A program made the translations under genes and the position numbers. DNA of 62,426 nucleotides, the filler included, from Choristocarpus tenellus KU-1152 (lineage: Eukaryota; Protista; Phaeophyceae): the NCBI GenBank assembly GCA_964200185.2. It is 6 parts of 6 records of this genome, joined end to end, with 100 filler letters (N's around TTAATTAATTAA, not from the genome) between each part and the next. Parts side by side here need not be neighbours in the genome. Positions count along the whole stretch, not along the records: positions 45,643 to 58,783 come from CAXNAD020001573.1; positions 58,884 to 62,426 come from CAXNAD020019360.1; 4 more parts are not named here. One strand, written 5' to 3'. Every line of letters starts with the position of its first letter. The stretch's first letter is position 1. Below are positions 52,601 to 62,426 of this stretch, one piece after another. The notes under the pieces are model-generated. The model was not told where the DNA came from. It saw only the letters and a list, made by a program, of their open reading frames with translations, and made no database searches.

Positions 52601-53692
52601 ACCACCAGTCTAGAATCGATTCACCAGAGTATTTCATTCATTCACACCACTTACTGGATTGCTTTCGAAATTCAGTAGCTACTCCCACGGCAGCAGTAGG
52701 TGGTTAAGCGTGTCAAGTTAAATAGGTGATTGATTGGTTTAGGAGGAAAGGCTTGTTGTGGTGTTGTTTTGGAATAGATGGAGCTCCCATGGTGGAGAGG
52801 ATGTAAGAAGGGAGGGATGCACAGGTGTTAATGCTCAGTTGAACTGAGTGACCTCAGGTGTTTATAGGATTGGGTGCTCCCTGGTAGATGGCACATTACT
52901 CTTCTCTATTGATTTTAGGGATAGGTTTAGGGTTAGATCTCATATACTACAAAGTGCCATGAAGTGCATCATTGTTTTGTATTTCGTGGACAACTTACAA
53001 GTGATACCATCTAAGAGGGGAGTACTGTTGAGTATTAAGGTCCCCTATCACTGTCTTGTGGTATAGGTGTTTTGAGCACTGTGGGCAGTGGTTTCGGCTA
53101 ATGCTGTGTCCACAACTAATCTTCTGCAGTTACACCCTCAAAAGGGGAGTTAACTGCATTTCATGCATGGGGATATTGTATACAGTACAATGTTCAAGGA
53201 GCTCTTGAAACTCGAAAGGGTGGATATCAACCCTCCTCTTGGATGGTTTCTCCCTTTCATCATTTGAAACATAAAGCAGTCACCATTATCGCACTTCCAT
53301 CAATGCTTCACCCACTCTCTCACCTCATTCCCTCTTTGTATCGTTTCATACTATCAACTGGCCTCTCCCTCTCCTGCATTACCCTCCTAAAGGTCCACCG
53401 ATCAGAAGTTGTGTGGTTGGGCCTACATGCGTTCCTTGAAATCCTTCGAACACACCGACACCAAGGTTTTGCTGCAGCTTTTGACCACATTGAGCTAGCC
53501 CTACGCCAGGCTGAGACAGGTGATAAGCTGTCCTCAGGAGATGGGGCCAAGAGGGCCAGTGGAGATGGAGGACAAACCCGAAGGGCAAGGGGGAAATGGC
53601 AGGGAGATGCTCAGTCAGCTCAACTGCGGCAGGTGGTGCAAGCGCCTGATGCTCTTGCCTTGATACGGACACTTACAACAGGAGGGGCCTAG
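46662..53692 (+). CDS. TERT: Telomerase reverse transcriptase, 3' half (TEN, TRBD, T, 1, 2 and A motifs are off-contig)
   Basis: Exons 46662-46763, 48367-48494, 48907-49003, 49251-50017, 50585-50727, 51268-51423, 52344-52542, 53393-53692. Motifs: B' YFHQAVGIPQGSVLSSLLCSYFF, C LLRLVDDFLLVT, D GFSVHEAKT, E FPWCGLRFD, CTE PKCHALLLDDVINNRDTVLLNIY and EVVWLGLHAF. Confidence 0.95.
47034..47108 (-). mobile_element. tRNA-derived Pol III head (SINE-like or pseudo-tRNA) in a TERT intron
   Basis: A box TGGCCGAGCGGTTAAGG and T arm GTGGGTTCGAATCCCAT are present. The acceptor stem does not pair and there is no clean anticodon arm. Confidence 0.6.
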
Positions 53693-54540
53693 CCCCTCAG
53701 TTGAGATGGAAATTGTTGTCTTGGAGTTTTCGTGCTCCTAGTTATGGGCTTCTGGGCATGGCTGTGCCTCATTGCAGATCAGGGACGAGTGCGCTGCTTG
53801 TTGTTGATGGTATTATACTGGGAGTATGTGCTAGTACAACGAAGCACTCCATTTGTTTTGTATTTTATTAGTAGTTAATTATCGTTAGTCCCTAGTATGT
53901 ATTGTTGTACCAAGTATGTTGTACTTTTCAAAGTGACTTTCTTGGTGTGGAAGGGATACCTCTTTTCATAGATTTCCACTCAAATTGGTCCAGCTCTCTA
54001 CAAGCATTGACGCTGCCTAGTTAGAAGACTGAAGTCCAAGGTCATTTGGGTGTCATTAATGTTGCAGTTAAAATTATGTGAGGAACAGCCTAACGTTGAT
54101 TAAGGGTTGGCCAATGTGTGTTTGACATGTATTTTATAATGTGTTGTAAGTGTGTCCACACTGGGCCTTCATCTGATTTTGCTCAATTGCAAATTTTCTC
54201 CATATTTTGCACTTTCTTGTTGATGCAATTCCTTCCTGAGCTGCCAATTTGTTGTTGCCCAAGAGTTAATTGCACTTGAATTTCGCAATTGGACTGCTTT
54301 CTCACATATTATACTACTTCGAAGTACAAAGTACAAATTTATGGGCGTTCCTCTACACCACAGCCCTTCTTCCTCAATCCGAAGTTCGCAACCTTAATCA
54401 GACCTCGCCAATGTGGAAAATGGTTGAGACATGTAACAGTCGTTCTCCTTCTGACCCTCGTCCACTACGAGCTCAGCGATGTTTGTCCAAGAACGGGATC
54501 GTAGCCAATTTGTGATGTATTCTATGCTATCAATACTCAG

Positions 54541-54563
54541 TTAGGGTTAGGGTTAGGGTTAGG
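54541..54563 (+). repeat. Short interstitial telomeric tract (TTAGGG)3TTAGG
   Basis: Direct reading. Confidence 0.9.
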
Positions 54564-55300
54564 TATCCATTTAGCTGTCTTGAGGGGTTGAGTGAACATT
54601 CATCCAAGATTTGGCCCCATGTCCACATTGGCTCCTGTGTCTGGCTAAAGCCATTGTAGAACACTCCAGTCCAAGTCTGGGTGGGGTCTATGGGGAGGTC
54701 TGCCGACTGGGAGCAGAAAGAGTCAAAACAGACTCAGTTGAGTATTGGGGGAATGTTATGGTGGGTCCGTTTGGGTGTCCCTCCTAGGTCATGTACGTGT
54801 ATGTGGACTGCTAGAGGTTGGGGAAGGTGTCGCCAAGTCCACCGATCCTTGGCCAATAATTGCGACCAGGTCCTCTGCAGGGACCCCAGCAGAGAGAGGA
54901 TGGATGAAGTGGAAGCTCTGGGATCAATATTGTCGGGCTGGAGCAGATAGCAGTAAACTCCTCACCTGGGGCACTCTATTGGTGTGTGCAGAGGGAGGGG
55001 AGGGAGGCTTCTAGTGAGTCTACATTAAAAAAAAACTGCTTGCTAACAGGGGATCATGGAAGAAAGGTGTAGATCGCTTGTGCTGGTTGGCATTATTTGG
55101 TCATAGGCCTGCTGTTGATGTGTCTCTAAAAGCAGAGATTTGCTTGTACACCCTCCTCAGGAAAAATCCATGTTTTCAGTCAGGTGAGTCAGCCATTTCC
55201 ATTTTCTTCTCTAGAGAAGTATTGTCCCCCTGTTGCAAGGATGGACCCACTGTTGTGGGAGGGTGACACTGACCAAGTAGATGAGACAGGGGGAGAGGGA
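54564..55300 (-). mobile_element. Degenerate non-LTR retrotransposon relic, same family as 57130-58250, inverted and 3'-truncated
   Basis: The minus strand reads GVPAEDLVAIIGQ, FDSFCSQSADLP and HRSQCGHGAKSW. The second copy reads GVPSEDLAEIIGQ, FDSFRTQLASLP and HRNQCGQGENAW. The right boundary is approximate. Confidence 0.7.
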
Positions 55301-55786
55301 TCAGACGTTAGGGAACCATGTATCAAGTCTCAATAAAGAGCCAAAACAAACAAGAGGTAGTAGGTAGGTTTGGACCCTTTTGCACTCTAGGTCATTTTTC
55401 TTACCCTAGGCAATACGCTCTACTTTGATTGCTTTGTCTGCACAGTAGTGTACACAAAATTGATAAAACCCCTTCCCATACACAAAGTGACACCACAATT
55501 AAGCAAGGACTATTTCTGCAATTAATTGTTCAAAATGGCATGTTTTTGTCCTTTCTCGGGATCCTAAAAATGCAACCCTCCCTACCTCTCAAATTAATTT
55601 GTGGCTAAAACACTTGAGTATTTTACATCTTGAAACCTAGATACAAGCATCCAATACAAATTACTCCCCAGTACATAGTATAAATTGTATATATATATAT
55701 ATATATATATATTGGGGAGAGGAAAATATGCATATCGCCAATTCAACTGCAGTACTGATGAGCTTATTTCAATAATATGCACTTGA

Positions 55787-56055
55787 GAGGGAAAGTATCT
55801 TAGAGAGTATTAGGGGGTACGAGTTTTGCCCTGTTTTTCCATTTGGGGCTTGGCTTTCCACAGGTTTTTAATCGCATTTTACCAATTCCAAAGTGTTTCG
55901 GAGTAGGTACAATGTACACGTTATGAAAAGCTGTGTCCGGAGCAAGGATATTGATACCTCCTAACAAAAACGATAGCCAAAATTACATCAAAATTGCAAC
56001 ATTGGATTTTACCCCCAAAATGGACGCGGCTCTACCCTCTAAGATACTTTGACTC
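55787..56055 (+). mobile_element. MITE family A copy 6
   Basis: GAGGGAAAGTATCTTAGA ... TAAGATACTTTGACTC; TSD TTGA. Confidence 0.9.
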
Positions 56056-57129
56056 TTGATTCAACTGTGAAAGTAGATTCTGTGAGAAGCAATCTACAGA
56101 TGGAAGAGACCATGTTTGTCTTCTGAAGAATAGAAGATAGGTTTGGGTTAGAGAACTAGAATACAGAAGAGTCTTGGAATAGGAAACATTGTAGCAAGTA
56201 GTCTGTGCTTATTGATTTGTGATCAAAAGAATAGCATTGATTTAATGGCAATGACTCCCCCCCTTTGGGCTTGAAAGCTCACTCCTCCTTTCTCTTCCTT
56301 ACTTCATCTACAACCTGTCCAACCCATTAAGGAATTAATCAAGTCATTATATACACACAAGTCTTGGGAACATAAGCTTCTTTAACAGCATAGACCGTGG
56401 GGTTGGCTCTGAGTGTTCTAAAATTGCTGGCTGTACAATATGGCCAAGAATGAAACTCTCTCCTCACCCTGGGGTGCAGGACTAAGCTAGGTTGGAGGCA
56501 CAGGAGGGCAGCGGTATAGCATAGCTGGTAGTATAATAGTAAATAGATTATAGAAAAATGACTTTCACATTTATGATAACTGTTACTCTATTAGGAGTTG
56601 CTATGACATTTGAATGGTTTTTCACTGGTTTTTCCCCTGACACATCGCCAAAATGCCAGAGGGCATAATAAAAAAGCTGTTGAAAATACATTTGGAATTC
56701 ACTGTGCCATTCAGGGTAAATGTGTAGCATTATACTACACCTGTTTGCGGTCTTTACATGGTGGAATTCCAGGATTTCCGGATTATTTGTTGGGGCTGTA
56801 CCGAGCTATATTCTTTTACTTCCCATGTTAATTGACTCTCCTGAACACACAACAAGAACGGTGTGGAGGCCCCATCATTGCCTTGAACAGCTATGGAAGG
56901 GTCATGTTGTCAGCATTGTTGACCACGGCAAAAATAGGTGGGTATATCCGTAACCGTACGATATACAGACAAACTCCAACCGTTCCGTCAAATCAAAATT
57001 CTAACCATAATTGTACTGTCAAAAACATAACGCCAGCATTGGTTTTTCCCCTGACACGCCTGCAAAATGTCAGAGAGCATAACAATAAAATAACTCCAAC
57101 CGTAGACTGGAATATATTGTGAAGTCAAA

Positions 57130-58250
57130 TGAAAACTATAACCTTCTCACAAGCCATTTGTGCGAGCCCCACAGTATGGGGCTGGGATCGTCCATCCATA
57201 CCCTCCTCTGTACAGGTGTCCCCTCAGAAGACCTAGCGGAAATCATTGGCCAAGACTTGGTAACCTGGGGGGGAACAGCATCTCCCACACCTGCAACGGA
57301 GGTCCACATTCTGGCAGCTCATGACGCCAGGATCACAAGGAGGGCTCAACATGAGATCACTCGCCTCCTGGACAGGATTCGTTTCGATTCCTTCCGGACG
57401 CAATTAGCCAGCTTACCAAATGAAGCACAACAGTGGAAGGGAAGATCCTCACTAGCCTTAGCACGCCATCGGAACCAGTGTGGACAAGGGGAAAATGCAT
57501 GGGCCTCAACACAACCCCTGGAGTCGGCATGCCAGATCCCCCCAATAGAGTTTAAACTCACAGCAAGCAGATCCCTAGGGGGGGAGGAGGCCCTATCAAA
57601 CAGGTGCCCAATGACTGGGTGGAGGAGGCAAAAAGTTGAAAGCAGACATGCCCGTACCTGCCCCAGGGCAGGAGGCCAGGTTCGCCAACACACCCCTATG
57701 GTGAAACGCCTCAGTCAACTATACAAGGGAATGGGCATCCCTTGCACTATTGAGGACGGTAGCCCTTTCACAATCGACAGGAATTTCCGCAAGGATCTGG
57801 CCTTCCAAGCAGGGGCCCTCGCGGACCCAGGATCAGCCTCCTACCAGATAAAGGCCTCCTGCTAGATGTTACGTTCCCACCTCTCACACTCATCCACCAG
57901 CAATGATGCACTGCTGCTGCAGCTGAGGCGCAAAAGCGTACCCACCACGAAGTTATAACCTCAACACCTTCGCGGTGGAAATTTTTGGGCGCCTTGCCAA
58001 GCAAGCTGAACGTTTCCTGGATGAGGTAGCTACACACACGGTAGGGGGGAGAGGAACTGGAGGCTACAGGAGAAAAGGTGCCGTCAAATCTCACTTACGC
58101 CAAATAGTTGTCTTGGTAACAACGCAGGTGCCAGTGTCTAGACGTGTCATGCGTTCCAAGCTGGAGTCACCAGGGAGATTGGCAAGGAGGGTTTTGTTGG
58201 GTCCTTGGGATGCTTCTCTAGCTCCTCACCCTGGATGCAGGAATAGGTAG
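57130..58250 (+). mobile_element. 5'-truncated non-LTR retrotransposon with restriction-like endonuclease (CRE/R2-type C-terminus), frameshifted
   Basis: Zn-knuckle-like C..HARTC..RQH, then R.D..LDVT and AEAQKRTHH..VEIFGRL, which is the RLE motif order. Confidence 0.75.
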
Positions 58251-58638
58251 ATCGGAGACACAGGAAGGTAAGTAGTACAACATAGTAAAACAGGAAATAG
58301 ATCAACGTTTTTCACTTTTGTGACAACTTTCGGGATTCTTCAGACATGCGAATAGTTCATTAGTTTTTCCTCTAGCACATCTACAAAATGTCAGAGGCAT
58401 AATAATAGTATACAGTACCTACACCGATTTTATACCAATTATTATGTACCAAACCGATCTTTTGTACCGTTTTTTTCGGCATACAAAACAAAATAGGGTT
58501 TTGTACCGGAATTCTCGTAATCGGGCGACTTGGTACAAACTCGGGGAGATATTCACGCGACTTTGGCGCGCGCATAAACATTTCTCGCGAAAAGTACCTT
58601 TCTTCCTGCGTCATGACCACAGAGCAGTACAGTACGTT

Positions 58639-58783
58639 GCTGGGAATCAATCGTCGAAGCAACTAATTAATCGTGGTGAGCTGGGAAATCAATCATCGAA
58701 GCAACTAATTAATCGTGGTGAGCTGGAAAATCAATCGTCGAAGCGACTGCTTAATCGTGGTGAGCTGGGAAATCAATCATAAG
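58639..58783. repeat. 42-bp tandem repeat, at least 3.4 copies, running into the contig end
   Basis: Unit GCTGGGAAATCAATCATCGAAGCAACTAATTAATCGTGGTGA. Confidence 0.9.
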
Positions 58784-58883
58784 NNNNNNNNNNNNNNNNN
58801 NNNNNNNNNNNNNNNNNNNNNNNNNNNTTAATTAATTAANNNNNNNNNNNNNNNNNNNNNNNNNNNNNNNNNNNNNNNNNNNN

Positions 58884-61800
58884 CTTATTCATATGGTCCG
58901 TCTTACCCGGTGATTCTCTTCACCACCCTTGCCTGAGTGAACCACGCCGCCACAGAATCACACGATTCACACCGGTGTCCTCAGAAATAGGGTGACGGGG
59001 CATTTCTGTTTGACCGCGGACAAAAGATGCTGAACTCGAGATCGAGATGAAGACGTCATGCACAAGAGCGCAGAAGTCCAGATCTGATATCATCAAGACC
59101 ACCAGAGGAAGAAGTCCAAGACCACAAGTCCATGGAAGACATGGAGTCTTCCACCCATCTTGATTCTGACGTGTCTAGTATCGACTCCACATCATCTAGC
59201 ACTATAACACTTGCCGAACGTAGACGTGGATCCTCCCCTTCCCCTCTCACAGACCGCCAGGCGAATGTCAGATCCGTGTCGTCAACCCTTGAGCATCGTG
59301 TTAGCTCGGGCGACCGTGACACTCGTCAGGTCCTATTCCAGGAAGAACCGGTCCCACCCCCAAGTTCGACTACTTGTGAGGGGGTCATTTCACAGGCACA
59401 GTTCGGTGATGCTGTACCAGCGTTCATCACGCACCACGTCAACGAGTGCGCCAGAATGAACACCGTACCTCCTGGATGGCTTCAAGATCTGATGAAGCTT
59501 CAAGCTCGGGGAATGGGCACCGATCAAGTTCCCCGTAGTGAACTCGAGCAGTTACAACGCGATTGCCAACGGCTACGTACAGAGGTGGAACGTCACCGAG
59601 CAGGGGAGGCACCCCTCAACAGGGCCCCAGCTCGGTCGTTGATGAGTCCACCTCCCACAGCCGGGGACACTGACAGACCGACACGACCAGAAGACACGTC
59701 ACCCTATGCAGCCTCACCGTCCAACTCGACGTGCACCATGGATCAACAAAATAGTGTGTGCCAGTAACCAGGTTGCCAGGTAGCGACTCGTGAGGGTCAC
59801 ACAACCCAGTCGTGCCTGGACAATCTGAGGGGTACTCGTTTGCCATACTTGCGTCGTAGAGGTAGGGGTTGGGGAAGTCGTGTTCGTGTTCGTGAGGATA
59901 GTCAATACCTGGTCATTATGGTCCGCGTCCCTAGGGGTGCCCAGGTAGATTTGACTCCTGTCCACTTGGGAACAGCCATGGTGTCGTTGTTGACACCATT
60001 GTAGGTAGTGGCAAGCGTCAGAGGTTGACACCAGTCACATCTCTTGCCCCGCAGGCATCGTTTATGGCCTGCACGCGTGTCACTAAGCATTTTTCTTTGC
60101 CATTAGTTCAACCAAACTCGTGTAATAATAATGAAACTTGGTTCAACAGTTCTTTGTGCAGATATCCAGCCATGCTCAAACCTTTGTCATTTTCATCACA
60201 AAGAGTTCGTGTATCTGGCACCATTGAAGAACAAGAGGAAAATGACTTGAAAATTGACACAGCCAGTGATGTACCATGCATTACAGAAATATTTGTTCGC
60301 CATCACCCTCAACTGAAACGTTTTGATGTGCATCCTGTCCCAACTGGTGCAATATCTCTACGTGCAGCAAAAGGTTCACCTTTGCATATCCGTGGATTTA
60401 TTAGTTTTGCACTTACACTTGGTGACACCACATTGCCAGTTGAAGCTTTAGTGATTCCCCAACTTGGTCCCGATAAAATTCTGCTTAATATTAGTGTTAT
60501 GCAGGCCTTCGGTGCAATCCTTGATTAGCAAGAACAACGTCTTTCATTTCACAACAGTTCGTGCATCATTCCAGCAAGACATCACATGACAAGGGGCCCC
60601 ACTCAAGTACGTGATACAAGTACCACTCCTTCGTGTTCTGTGGTGAGTGTGCAACATGATTTTGACCCTATACCTGTTCGTGTACATAAAAAGTGTAACA
60701 TACCAGCTGGTCATGAAATCATCGTACGTTGTACGACTGATACTAGTCCGTCATTGGATACTGCCGTAGTAGTGGAGCCAGCCATACACTCCATGCCTGC
60801 TGTAGATCAAACCTCTGAACCTACGCATCCATGGAATCGTATCGTAGCTGCTCGCACTCTCAGTATTTGGTCAGCAAGTGATAGATCAATATTGGTTCAA
60901 ATGGCAAATCCAACAACACGGAAAGTACGTATCAGGAAGCATCTTGTGATAGGTCACTTAACCCCTATTTCAGATCAGGTACCAATTACTGTTAGTGCTC
61001 TAAATACTGATTCTGCTCCATTCAGTAAAGCTAGAGAGGAATTACATCAAGCCTTCACCAAGCCAAACGCATTCAAAGATACCACGTTCAATCAGTCACA
61101 AGTGTCTCAACTTTTAGACCTCTGTGCTCGTTATAGATCGGTATTTTCGTTGAATGCAGCAGAACTAGGCAGATGTACCCTAGCTGAAGCAGAAATTCCT
61201 ATAGAGTCTGGTACCAAACCTGTTGACAGGAACCCTTACAGAGCAAACCCCCGTACTCAACAAGAAATTGACTTGTGAGTTAATACTATGGAAGAGCAAG
61301 ACATTATTGAAAAACGTGCCAGCCCTTCGTGTAGTCCTGTTACTATTGGGGCCAAATCTGATGGCTCCCCACGATTCTGTGTGGACTATAGGTCAACTGT
61401 TAACAAACACCTTGTTCGACAGTCTTGGCCTATGCCTGATATAGAGTCTCATATTGATAGTGTTGGGGGTGCCAAATTTATCACCGTTTGTGATATTCAG
61501 AGCGCATATTGGCAGATTCCTATTGCTGAGGATGACATTGATAAAACTGCTTTTGTCACGTCCAGAGGCAAATACGTTTTTAAGAGGATGCCCTTTGGTA
61601 TATCATGTCCTTAGCCTTTGCAAACTTTGGTCCATTGAGTGGGTTGCTAGTTTACATGGATGATCTGATTGCTTGTTCTCCCACATGGGAAGGACATATA
61701 CACTTACTAGAACACAGTTCAAAGCGTTACAAGCAGCAGGTTAAACTTTGAAACCGTCAAAGATCCAATTTGGACCCAAAGAAGTACATTACCTGGGTCA

Positions 61801-62426
61801 CATTTTATCGTCTGAAGGGATTCGAATCGGTGAGGATCGTGTCCGTGCAATCATTGAGTTACCCAAACTCACGACCATCAAAGAACTTCGATCTGTCCTA
61901 GGTACGATCAATTTTGTGCGTAAATTCATACCCAACTTAGCCACAGTAATCGAACCGTTAGTTCTTCTCACTAAAAAAGGTGTTAATAAGAGAGAGCGGA
62001 TAAAGAATGTGGATTGGACCAGGATGTGGCATTTTTTAAAGTAAATCAATTACTCACTGCTGCCCCGGTTCTCGTGTTTCCTGACTTTTCCAAAGAATTC
62101 ATCATCCATGTTGATGCCAGTGAGAGTGGTGCTGGAGGGTTTTTAGCATAACCTTGATCCGATAATCCTGCAGACCTAGGTATCATTGCATACTTCAGCA
62201 AGAAATCTAAGAAGCTCAACGTCATTATTCAGCTACATTAAGAGAGAGTTATGCAGTCGTTACAGCCATCACGCATTGGCGACCGTATCTTCGGGGTAGA
62301 CACTTCACCTGCATCACAGATCATGCCGCATTGTGTTACTTGTATAGAATGCAGGATACCAGTAACATGCTTGCTCGTTGGGCTATTGCTCTTCAAGCTT
62401 ATGATTTCACAGTCAAACACAAGCCC
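58884..62426 (+). mobile_element. Ty3/Gypsy LTR retrotransposon internal region (gag-PR-RT-RNase H), decayed, running off the window
   Basis: Protease KIDTASD; RT FCVDYR, DIQSAYWQIP..DKTAF, RMPFG, YMDDLI and YLGH; RNase H IHVDAS and DHAAL. Several stops and frameshifts. Confidence 0.93.
58894..58910 (+). promoter_or_regulatory. Putative primer-binding site (tRNA-Tyr-like) just after an LTR end ..TTCA
   Basis: CA|TA|TGGTCCGTCTTACCCGG upstream of gag. It resembles the complement of a eukaryotic tRNA-Tyr 3' end. Confidence 0.55.

Noticed and set aside
53930-54530. BED-finger/hAT relic on the minus strand (KIWRKF..KAQC)
   Set aside because: Incomplete Cys/His pattern and no TIR found.
54541-54563. 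Telomerase RNA template next to TERT
   Set aside because: Nearly four repeats is much longer than a template, and the upstream minus-strand sequence is LINE coding relic.

Overview
This is eukaryotic nuclear DNA from a flagellated, intron-rich organism. A stramenopile of brown-algal type is my best guess, which is inference only. The window is not one locus. It is six contigs joined by artificial 100-nt linkers (N44-TTAATTAATTAA-N44), so adjacency across linkers is not evidence of linkage. Recognisable spliced genes are a SMYD-type SET/MYND methyltransferase and CEP83 (head to head), the 3' part of IFT74, the 5' part of a mitochondrial FtsH/YME1 protease, and the 3' half of telomerase reverse transcriptase (TERT: IFD, motifs B', C, D, E and CTE). 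There are two long intronless orphan ORFs (840 and 619 aa). Mobile DNA includes an intron-split Sola-like DDD transposase, a six-copy GAG..CTC MITE with 4-bp target duplications, other MITEs, two RLE-type LINE relics, a tRNA-derived head and a decayed Ty3/Gypsy element. The most unexpected signals are four. (1) One 6.4-kb contig carries two decayed bacterial gene fragments (alphaproteobacterial-like dnaA and a Tn3 transposase N-terminus) on either side of an orphan membrane-protein gene. (2) A sharp CpG-rich 5' end versus CpG-depleted body pattern implies CpG methylation. (3) A (TTAGGG)n tract sits at the break point of a LINE about 850 bp downstream of TERT. (4) TERT has an insertion of about 145 aa between motifs B' and C. 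All family assignments come from motif recognition by eye; no database searches were run.
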